From NCBI GenBank assembly GCA_030390025.1, contig CM059432.1, forward strand, positions 96,102,001 to 96,166,000: a stretch of DNA of 64,000 nucleotides, read 5' to 3'. The notes under the pieces are model-generated. The model was not told the origin of the DNA and ran no database searches. It worked only from the letters and a program-made list of their open reading frames with translations. The DNA is from Squalus acanthias (Eukaryota). The translations under genes were made by a program, and so were the position numbers. Shown piece by piece: positions 26,085-36,509 of the stretch (positions within the stretch are counted from its first letter, which is position 1; every line of letters starts with the position of its first letter).

Positions 26085-28684
26085 AACTTGATTTTTTACG
26101 GAAATCAAATTAGAATGAGGAAAGAAAATGCCTGTCTGCTCTTTTCTCTATTTGTGTCCTCTCTGTATCTGTCTCTCTCTGTCTCTTTCCCATGTCTTAT
26201 TGATATTAGAAATTAAAATCTCTGCCTTACAGATGTAACCTTTTTAAACTGTCAACAAAACAGAAGTTGATCATTAGTTGGCTTCAAAAATTAACTGTTT
26301 TTTCTTGAAAATTGAAGAACTACATGAAAAAGACTCATTCTTTCTCCCCCTGGCCTTCTCTCTTTCTTTATCTTTGCATCTTCTTTTAATTTCTAACATT
26401 TTATACAACATAAAACAAAGGCTACAACAGAATGCTGTAATTTTTGTCTGTCACAGACACACACAAACATTGACCCTCCTGCCTGTACTGGCGCTGCACA
26501 TCTCCATTGGGGGGGTGGGGATGGGGTGGGGGGCGGTTAGCATAATTACAATGTGACAAGTTACATAGGGTGTTTCCATTATAAATGGGGGCATAGGAAT
26601 TTATAATGCAAATATGTAAAAATAAGAACAGAATATTTGACTTTAAAATGGGGACTGAATTATGTCTATGCACAGTAGTCTAGTTATAACCATCTAACAT
26701 AAGACTACACTAGGTACTGAATCTCTGTGCAACACCGTGGGAGATTGACCAGTACAAATGGGCTTAAGATTCGATAAGGCCAGAAATAGGCGTGGGGATT
26801 GCGATACGCGATCTGTCCGCGCCCATTGAAAGCAATGCAGGCAACATTCGACATTCATGCTGCCTGCTAATTAACATGATTGATGCATTCAGCCCAACGC
26901 TGAGAGCGCTGCTGAGTGGGCGCAAGTTCGTGGGAAGTGATCTCTATTTAAAGCTCGCCTCCAGTTTGAAACACAGTCTGCACTTTCTGAAATAAGCACC
27001 TCATTGTAATTGTTGTCAAGGCAACTATAAGGTAGCTATGGCTCAATAGGGCAGAGAAAGGGCACTTAGGTTCTCAGATGCAACACTGGAGGCCTTAGTG
27101 CAGGGGGTCGAAAGGAGAAGACAGGTCCTCTACCTGCAGGGGGCCAACAGGCCCTCCAGATTCACTGTAAGATGGTAGTGGGAGCAGATAGTTGAAGTGG
27201 TCATGGCCAGCAGTCTTGCCCCAGGAACTAGATCCACTGCTGAAAGAAGTTTAATGACCTAATATGAGTGGTCAAAGTCAGTGAATGCATCTTCACATGC
27301 CATATCCCACCAAATGCCACATCCCACCAACTGCACCACTAGCCTCACACTCTGCTCAATGCACCACACCCCCCATCACTCACCTACCAACAATCTCTAT
27401 CAATCACGACTCATACCGCACCTCACCCTCAATCATGACAGACACATCACCCAAACACATTGCACCACTCTCACTGACACACTTCCCTTTCTCTTGCAGG
27501 CCAAGGTGGTGCATAACAGGAGACAGCAGTAGCTAACAGGCAGGAGACAGGCATGGCTGCATATTCTGACCCAGCTGGAGGAGACTGTGCTTGACATCAT
27601 TGGAGGGGCCGTCACTGAGGCCGTGACGATCAGCAAGGCTGAAACCATTGATGATGACAGTATGCTCATACCTAATCCTCCTTCTCACATCCCACTTCCC
27701 CCTCATCCCACAATCTCTTCTCACTTACAAGCTGCTGATGGTGTAAGCATGCACATCTTGTTTCCCCCCTTCCCCTCATCACAACCCTACTGTTGTGCCT
27801 TTCACCTTTCAGATACCCAAGAACTTCAAGCTTCCCAGCCAGTGGTGCATGAAGAAGAGGGAGAGGAGAGTGATGATGAAGAAGAGACACCGTCACTCGA
27901 TCTGACACCAGCTCAGAAACTTGCAAACTAGTATAGAGGCGGGATCTGCATGTGGTGAGTCACCGGGCATGAGTGGCCTGCAGCAAGGATAGGGGGAAAG
28001 GGTAGCGCAGGTGCCAGCTCCCCGGAGGGTGAGGCCGCACACGAGTTCTGCTGCAGAGGACTCAGAGGAGGACTTTGATGGGGTGGCCTTCTGAAGAAGG
28101 GTGATGGCCATGAACACAAAAATGTTTGGTGCCTGGCAGAGAGCCTGTTGTCACTGTCAAGGAGTATGGAGGAGTCTGGCTCCAACCTTGCACAGGGATT
28201 TGCGCAGAGCTTGGAGCCCATGTTTTCCAGGGTGGAAGTGATGGGCATCTCCATCAGAGCACTTGTGGACCCAACCATGATGTAGGGTCTGATGGCCGAT
28301 GTCTCATCTTCCATTGTAGCACAAGCGGAAGAGACCCAACATCTGAGTGCTGCAGTGGAAGTCCAGACTTCTGTCATGCAAGCTCAGACTGCTCTCCTGC
28401 AGGCTCAGCTTACTGTCACACAAGTTCAGACTGCTGCCATCATGGCTGTGTTTACCAGTGGGGAAAGGTGCTTGCAGGGTGTCACAGCAGTCCAGCAATC
28501 TATGCTCCAACAGATTACTAGGATTGCTGAGGCTTTGCCCCTGGGGAGTGGCAGTGGCTCCATGGAGCAAAAACCTGCTGTCCTCTCTCAGGATCATGAT
28601 GCGGAGATGCCGGTGTTGGACTGGGGTGGACAAAATTGAGAGGTCGCACAACACCAGGTTATAGTCCAACAGTTTTATTTGAAA

Positions 28685-28722
28685 TCACAAGCTTTCGGAA
28701 CTATCGCTCCTTCCTCAGGTGA
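28685..28722 (-). ncRNA. Minimal type I hammerhead ribozyme
   Basis: TCAC-CTGAGGA-A-GGAGC-GATA-GTTCC-GAAA-GCTT-GTGA: stem I, intact core, stem II and palindromic AAGCTT stem III. Confidence 0.8.
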
Positions 28723-28863
28723 AGTAAATTGGATACAGAATCGTCAGAGCATATATAGATGGAAAAAAAAGCATGTGTACTTTACAATTGCAGACCAATA
28801 AATTAAATCATCCTGACTATCTGCCGAGGTGTGATAAAGTTAATTAAGTCAGCCAGGAAGGTA

Positions 28864-30044
28864 CCACATCAAAAGACATAGCAAGATACAACTGAGACAA
28901 TGAGGTGAAGTCGCAGGGGTTCTAACGTGTCAAAAGCTGCCGTCTGTATGTAAAACGAAAAGCTTTAAAAAAAAAAAAAAAAAATTACTTTTTTACTGGG
29001 AAAATTTTTACTTTTTTACTGGGAATCACATCTGTGAACAAGCTAACGACGACTCGAGTCCGGATCACGTCATGTATCGTGACATAAACCCAAGATCCCG
29101 ATTGAGACCGTCTTCATGAGTGCAGAACTTGGCTATCAGTTTCTGCTCGATGATTTTGCGTTGTCGTGTGTTTCTAAGGTTGCCTTGGAGAACGCTTACC
29201 CGCAGATCCGAGGCTGAATGTCCTTGACTGCTGAAGTGTTCCCCGACTGGGAGGTAACAATCCTGCCTGGCGATTGTTGCGCGGTGCTCGTTCATACGTT
29301 GTCTCAGTGTCTGCATGGTCTCGCCGATGTACCATGCCGCGGTGCATTCTTTCCTGCAACGTATGAGGTAGACAACGTTGGCCGAGTCACATGAGTATGT
29401 ACCATGTACCTGGTGGGTAGTGTCCTCACGTGTGATGGTGGTATCTGTGTTCATCAACACAGATACCACCATCACACGTGAGGACACTACCCACCAGGTA
29501 CATGGTACATACTCATGTGACTCGGCCAACGTTGTCTACCTCATACGTTGCAGGAAAGAATGCACCGCGGCATGGTACATCGGCGAGACCATGCAGACAC
29601 TGAGACAACGTATGAACGAGCACCGCGCAACAATCGCCAGGCAGGATTGTTACCTCCCAGTCGGGGAACACTTCAGCAGTCAAGGACATTCAGCCTCGGA
29701 TCTGCGGGTAAGCGTTCTCCAAGGCAACCTTAGAAACACACGACAACGCAAAATCATCGAGCAGAAACTGATAGCCAAGTTCTGCACTCATGAAGACGGT
29801 CTCAATCGGGATCTTGGGTTTATGTCACGATACATGACGTGATCCGGACTCGAGTCGTCGTTAGCTTGTTCACAGATGTGATTCCCAGTAAAAAAGTAAA
29901 AATTTTCCCAGTAAAAAAGTAAATTTTTTTTTTTTTTTTTTAAAGCTTTTCGTTTTACATACAGACGGCAGCTTTTGACACGTTAGAACCCCTGCGACTT
30001 CACCTCATTGTCTCAGTTGTATCTTGCTATGTCTTTTGATGTGG
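28864..30044. repeat. Near-perfect ~1.18 kb palindrome
   Basis: ~588-bp arms around a CATC spacer (29452-29455); only a 1-nt indel beside the A/T run noticed; mirror ORFs in the track. Confidence 0.97.
29435..29842 (+). CDS. Potential stand-alone GIY-YIG endonuclease ORF, 135 aa (mirror copy at 29065-29472, minus strand)
   Basis: In-frame ATG at 29435 supplied by the antisense arm; open to stop; expression unknown. Confidence 0.4.
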   Translation: MVVSVFINTDTTITREDTTHQVHGTYSCDSANVVYLIRCRKECTAAWYIGETMQTLRQRMNEHRATIARQDCYLPVGEHFSSQGHSASDLRVSVLQGNLRNTRQRKIIEQKLIAKFCTHEDGLNRDLGFMSRYMT

Positions 30045-30482
30045 ATTTGTACTTCCACCACTGTCACTCTGCCAGTACCTTTACTGTTGCCTGTCAGCCA
30101 ATCAGCCCAGACTGCTGCCGCCCATGCCGAGGTGCTGCAGTCAACAGCTGAGCCTTCTAGGCTCAGAGCTGCTTGAGGTTGTCCTGCAAGGCCATCTGCA
30201 GTTTCCCCCACTGAAAGTCAGCAGCCTTCCACCAGCCATGCTGCAGCCACTGGGGTAGCACTTCGTAGGAGCACTAGGACAGGTAAAGGCACACAGAAGA
30301 CAGGCACTAAGGGTGATTAGTTGACCTTGTTATGTAGTATTGGATTGAATGATTTATTAATTTGGTTTGAAATGTTTGTTTTGTGGTGGCTTTCATTTCA
30401 GCATTGTGGCTAGAGGACAGTGTGATGTTCTGTGACAGAGGGATCGTAAGGTGGGGAAGTGTAGAACAATGGGGATCTGGGT

Positions 30483-31592
30483 TTCATTCAGGGGACGCGG
30501 AGTATGATGATCCGCTCATGGACAGCCCGTCTGGAACGTGGATTTGCAGGCTGCCTCCTCCCTTCCTCCTCCTCCTCCTCCTCCTCTTTCTTTTCCTCCT
30601 CCTCCTAAGATGTTCGCAGAACCCATATTGCAAGTGCTATGCCCGCATGATGGACAAGTTGTGGAGGATGCAGCAGACCACCACGAATAGGGACTCTCAC
30701 TCCAGTGTATACTGGAGGGATCCTCCCAAGCAGTCAAGGCAGCAGAACCGTTGCTTGAGCACCCTGATGGTCTGCTCAATGACATTCCTCATGGCAGCAT
30801 GGCTGTCATTATATGAGTGCTGGCCACGAGTGGTGTGGTTGCGGAGGGCAGTCATCAGCCAGGTGTAGAGCGGATAGCCATTGTCTCCGAGCAGCCACCC
30901 TCGGGTTCAACGTGGTGGCTGGAAGATTGCTGGCAAAGCCGACTGGCGCAGGATGAAGGCATCATGTCTGCTGCCAGGATACTGGGCATTCACCATTATG
31001 ATGTGCTGGGCGTGGTTGCACACCAACTGCACATTAAGTGAGTGGTAGACACATGTGTGCAGTTGATGGCACCCTGCACCATGGGGAAGCCCGATACCCT
31101 GGCAAAGCCATGTGCGTGCTCCCCCTGCTTCGCTCTGGTCAGAGAGAAGATAATGAAGTCCCTTCTCCTGGAATACAGAACCTCTGTGACCGCTTGGATG
31201 CAACGATGGACGGCGAACTGCAAAATGTTTGCTATGTCACCTATTCCAGCCTGGAAAGATCTGCTGGCGAAAAATTTCAGGGCCACGGTCACCTTGAGCG
31301 CCACTGGCAGCACCGTCATCGCCCTGCTCTGAGGCTGCAGGTCTGGTTCCAAGAGGTGGCAGAGTTCTGTGACCACCTCCTTGGTGAAGGGGAGCCCCCG
31401 AACACACTGCTCCTGGTTTAGGTGCAGGTAGGAGAAGTGCTCCCTGAAGATACTAGGTGGGTAAGGCCTCCTGCTGAGAGCCTTCCTATCCCTCCTCCTC
31501 CTCGCTCTGTGAGCTGCTTGTCTTCTTTGCTGCCTCTGCTCCATCTCCCTGTCATGTTGCAGCGCGAGGGGGACTGCAAGAAGATCCCCCAT
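30483..31592 (-). pseudogene. Harbinger (HARBI1-like) DDE transposase, copy A
   Basis: [60 protein letters not shown]; internal deletion and frameshift. Confidence 0.9.
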
Positions 31593-32096
31593 GACTGGGA
31601 GCAATTGGCATACTCAGAGTCCTTCCAGTAGCAGACAACACCTTCCCAACGTCCAGCAGCACTCCCTGCACACTTTAACAACTTTTGAAATGTCTTCCAG
31701 CAACTCAGTATTCATACAAACTTTGCAAGTGCCAGTACAAAATCAATAAATCAACTTACCTGCAATTTCGATATATCCCTTTAAATAGTGCTAGTGGGGC
31801 GAGGGGGGTGGGGGTGCGGGTCTGTCGTGCAGCTGCATGCACATGCAGCTGTGCGTGTTTAGGAGATGGTGTTGAATGGAGCGGCGGCTTCAAAAATGGC
31901 AGGTTGTGCTGACGTCACAATCTGCCTATTCTGCATACTGCCGGTGTACGCACGTACCACCCGTGCTATCACCCTCACCAAGATGCCGAACAGCACGGGC
32001 CATGCTGGAAGTGGGCGGAAGCGAGGCGGACAACATTTTTTTTTTTTTTAAACGGCCATAACTACCGGCGCTAAGGTGTCGAATTTCGCGGACATA

Positions 32097-32880
32097 GGGG
32101 GCGATTTTCCCAGCCCCGAGGAGGCGGGTTTGGAGGTGGGATGCACTCATCCTGGCCAGATTTGCATAGATTGACCATTGTGGCACATGTGCTTGGCTCC
32201 TTCTTAACACATGATAGACAATGGACATGACTCTCTGGCCTCCTTTCACTCTGACCACCAACCTGACCATGCAAGTGTCGTGGAGCCCGCAATGTGGAGC
32301 TGCCTAAGCCAAAATAATAGATGCCATCACGCCAACAGTTTGCCATCACCTCATTTTAATAGATTCCCACAGGGATGGCATTTCATCAATAAACAGAAAC
32401 ATTCACCCAATCTGCACACAGACCTGGAGGTTATATCCCTTGCCAGCTGGACCCACACAGCCTTGGTTTCTTTGGGAGGCCTCTTCCTCCCAGATGAGGG
32501 GAAGAGCACCTCCCTGCTAGCTCTCACCCCTTCAACCAGCATACCCAGCGCCTCATCCGAGAACCTCGGGAAGGCCCTTGCCTTGGAGCTGGCCATTTTT
32601 CAAGGAGATAACAGCTTGGAGGTGGTGCAGCATTGACCAAAAACCAGTGGAATGAGCCAAGGCAGCAAGCAGCCCTTAAATGAAGCTGGATAAGTGACGT
32701 CAGCAGAGGCGAATTTCAGTCCCAAAACACTAATTGGCCCAGGGGAAGCCACAACTCTGAAATCAACTGGCCAATTAGGGGAAAATCGCAAATTTTTCCC
32801 ACTTCTCAGTGGAGGCGGGTTTGGAACCCACCCAAACCGAAACCCCCCTCCAACCCGCCTCCATTGGGAAAATCGCGCCC
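32097..32880 (-). mobile_element. Non-autonomous Harbinger with Myb-domain ORF (32351-32596)
   Basis: TIRs gggggcgatttt / aaaatcgcgccc; TSD ATA; ORF MASSKARAFPRFSDEALGMLVEGV...W. Confidence 0.85.
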
Positions 32881-33834
32881 ATAGTCTTTTGTTCAGGATA
32901 CATGGGACATGCTGCAATGACAGACAGTAACAGGGATCAGTTACAGAACAAATGTGGACATAAAAAATTATAATTGAACAAGTTGACCAGAAGTGCACAC
33001 AGATGCAACCTTTCATATTTCTATGTATTATTCGTATATTATATTAATATATTACTAGTTTATCTTCCACAGCATTGAACACGGGGAGGCAAGGCCAAGT
33101 GTTACCTTAATGTGAAGTGGGGTTAGTGGCTAGGGGACATCTGGACCAGGGTACACAGACTTAATTCCATCCCCATTTTGAGGTCATACATTCTATCCTT
33201 ATTTTTATATTTCCATTATTAAATTCATATGTCTACATATGTCTACATTGATGCTGGGACCTGCCTATGTGAGCTTATCATCCTGTAATTACACCCTCAT
33301 GGCAGTGGTGACTCTGTAGCAGTTCCATGGTGAGAGGGTGTAATTATAGCATGACAAGTTTACATGCAGAGATGCCATTATAAATGTGGATATAGGAATT
33401 TATCATGGTAAAAGTTGACAGGAGGTACACAAAAAATGAATAGCAGAGCTGTAATTACAAAAAAAACTGTGAAAGTGGGAGTTAAAAATAAACAGCACAG
33501 CTTTACTTAAAAACATAAACACTGGGAGCAACACTAAATAAAAAGTACACAAATACTGGAGCAGTATTAAAGAAAGCACAAACACCAAGAGAAAGATAAC
33601 AAAAAACCCCAAGAGCAGGACTGGAACTCAGAAAAAAATACAAAGCTGAGGCATAGGAGTGAATAGGTTATTGTGGCATGGTGTTTAGGGTCATATTTCC
33701 ATTAATCCAATAGAGTGGAGGTCATAGCTGAAATATATAAACCACAATTTAAAATCAAGTTCAAGAACTAAGCTATGTTTGGCATGATGAATGTATTTAC
33801 CCTTTAGCTTCTCCCTACAGTAGAATGGGCCGAT

Positions 33835-35435
33835 AATCTCTGGAGTTTAGAAGAATGAGAGGTGATCTCATTGAAACATATAAGATTCTGAAGGGGATTG
33901 ACAGGGTAGATGCTGAGAGGCTGTTTCCCCTGGCTGGAGAGTCTAGAACTAGGGGACATAGTCTCAGGATAAGGGGTCGGCCATTTAAGACTGAGATGCA
34001 GGGAGGATGTTTCCCCTGGCTGGGAGGTCTAGAATGAGGGGTCACAGTCTCAGGATACGGGGTAGGACATTTAGGACTGAGATGAGGAGAAATTTATTTA
34101 CTCAGAGGGTGGTGAACCTGTGGAATTCTCTACCACAGAAGGCTGTGGAGGCCAAGTCACTGAATATATTTAAGAAGGAAATAGATAGATTTCTAGACAT
34201 GAAAGGCATCAAGGGGTATGGGGAGAGAGCAGGAATATGGTATTGAGATAGAGGATCAGCCATGATCTCATTAAATGGCGGAGCAGGCTCGAAGGGCCGA
34301 ATGGCCTACTCCTGCTCCTATTTTTCTATGTTTCTATGAGGAGAAATTTCTTCACTCAGAGAGTTGTGAATCTTTGGGCTGGATTTTGAATCTGGGGTCG
34401 GGTTGGGGTCGGGAATCACACATTCTGGCTTGTGAACCCGCCTCCATCGAGATGTGGCCAACCCACTGTATTTTCCCTTGATTGACCTTGTTCAGCCCGT
34501 CCAGTGGGCTCAGCAGGCCAATTAAGGGCCACCCGGCAACAGGTGACGTCACAGATTGACATTTCATCTGTCAAGAGCTTTTGACAGATAAAATATCAGT
34601 GTTTGACAGCTCTGTGAAGCTGTCAAACACTGACAATATGAATTCTAACTTCAGTCCTTCCTTTCAGGCTGAGTTAGAAATCATTCCACCACAGAAAACA
34701 GAAGGCTGCAGTTTTTGACAGAACCACGGCTTTCCTGCTTTCTGTGCCGGTGAGATTTCTAACTCCCGAGAACTGAAGGGCTGACACCTGCAGGAGGAAG
34801 TTAAGGTAAGTAAAACTTTTTCCCACACTTAGCACTTACCTTACACACTTACCTCTGCACACATGCACCCATCACTCACCTGCCCACCGGACATATCGAC
34901 CCCTCCAACCCCTGCAGACCCACGGTCCGCCCCGATTACTTGGAGTGGTTGCCACCTGTCGGGAAGCCCACACTTTTCTTTTTGAAATAGGGATTATGCA
35001 AAAACCTGCCTGTTAACTACCTGTTAACAGGCAGTTAATTGTCACTAATCCCTTCCCGCCTCGGGGAATCGGGTCTCAGCACAGGTCAGGGTACCCGCCG
35101 CCAGAGAAACTGGCATGGAGGCGGGTTGGAGGCGGGATGGGGTCGGGACCCCCGAATCTGCAACTTTAACCCCCCCCCGCCTCCAAACCCGACTCCACGG
35201 GTCATTGAAAATCCAGCCCTTTGGAATTCTCTACCCCAGAGGGTTGTGGATGCTGAGTCGTTCAATATATTCAAGGCTGAGATTGATAGATTTTTGGATA
35301 TTAAGGGAATCAAGGGATATGGGGATCAGGCGAGAAGGTGGAGTTGAGGTCGAAGATCAGCCATAATCTTATTGAATAGCGAAGCAGGCTCGAGGGTCCG
35401 TATGGCCTACTCCTGCTCCTATTTCTTATGTTGTT
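33835..35435 (+). mobile_element. CR1 3' fragment interrupted by a second CR1 3' fragment (34001-34337) and a MITE
   Basis: RGDLIETYKIL...FKTEM|RRNFF...; two CR1 tails. Confidence 0.85.
34376..35219 (+). mobile_element. Harbinger MITE with hairpin array
   Basis: Perfect TIRs gggctggatttt / aaaatccagccc; TSD TTT. Confidence 0.88.
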
Positions 35436-35774
35436 ATTTTCTACACACAGCTGAATGTTGGCCCAGCATTCCATAATGCTACTTCTTGTTTGAGAAGTAT
35501 AACAACATTAGTTTCTCTAAGCAATACTTATGTCATTAAAAAAACTCAGGTTCATATTTTGCATCCCATGGAAATAAACAAAAGGGAAAGACTATTGTTA
35601 CCTGTTAATGCAATTAGATAATGGAATAAAATTGAATTAAGAATTTTTAGAGAAAAACTGTTCGCAAAACTTTAATGGATCACTTAATAAAATATATAAA
35701 TTGACATTCTGAATAGAACAGTGTTTTGCTTATGGTCCTGAAACAGTGTCCTAATTTTGGTAAGTATCAAAAAT

Positions 35775-36493
35775 GGAAGGGTAGATTACTTAAGAGGCAC
35801 CCTGGCCTCGCTCTGCCTTGAAGCTTTTATCTTTCCCATGGTACGGAAAAACCTTTGCTCCTGGAGGACCAGCAGCTGTGCGCGGGAGAGGCTGCGCGCA
35901 CGCAGCGAACTTCAGGTTTTTTTTCAGGTTTCTCCGGGAAGGTAAGTATGGAGAAGCTGCACATTTAAAAAGGAGGCGCAAGGCCTGTTTTTAACAAGGT
36001 AAGTGGTTCATTAATTACAATTTAAACATTTTTTCAACAGGTTTATCTTTTTTAGATACTTTAAAGAAAGGTAAGTTTATTTTTAGCACCGTTAAAAAGT
36101 ATAATTGATTTTTTCAAAAATTTAAATTTTTGTTTAAGGTAGTTAATTTATGTAACTTATAGTTATTTTAAAAATGTGATGTGTTTTAAAACATTTATTT
36201 GAAGTTTAATTGTGGTTTTAGGGCCGATCTCTATTCATAGATTTGACAGGTCTTCCTGTCAAATCTATGAATGAAAATGCCCTGCTAGGATTGGCTCTCC
36301 ATGGCCCACGTGATCCATGGGGTCGCTTCAAACTAACTGCGCCCCTGGGATACACAAGCACTGCGCGCCAGCAGCTGGAGGAGGCCCAGGACCCGAAGTC
36401 CTCGTGGGCCCAAAGCACAACTGCAGGCGTGGTAGGCAAGTACGCGCGCGATGCTTGCACCCGCAGGAAGCCGGAAAGCCGAATTTCTGGCCC
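35775..36493. mobile_element. Probable non-autonomous Harbinger-like element
   Basis: Right end gaatttctggccc resembles the TIR at 51604-51616; left end uncertain; CpG-rich ends. Confidence 0.5.
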
Positions 36494-36509
36494 AATACTG
36501 TGTCAGAGG

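Larger units (their letters stand above)
28595..30044. mobile_element. Penelope-like element: 5'-truncated fold-back copy with GIY-YIG domain
   Basis: NVVYLIRC..WYIGET..LRQRMNEH..E..GLN; complete 3' end with hammerhead on the minus strand; host Myb sequence resumes at 30045 with ~6 bp lost and no TSD. Confidence 0.9.
27038..30320 (+). pseudogene. Harbinger Myb/SANT-like DNA-binding protein, 3 exons, disrupted by stops and a Penelope insertion
   Basis: RFSDATLEALVQGVERRRQVLY...KKFNDL; introns at about 27278-27499 and 27660-27812; colinear with copy B. Confidence 0.8.
26760..32093. mobile_element. Full-length two-gene PIF/Harbinger transposon (copy A)
   Basis: Ends homologous to those of copies B and C; convergent Myb/SANT gene (+) and transposase (-). 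Confidence 0.88.

Noticed and set aside
30996..31604. Host HARBI1 gene
   Set aside because: Multi-copy, disrupted and inside TIR-bounded elements, so a transposon rather than the domesticated gene
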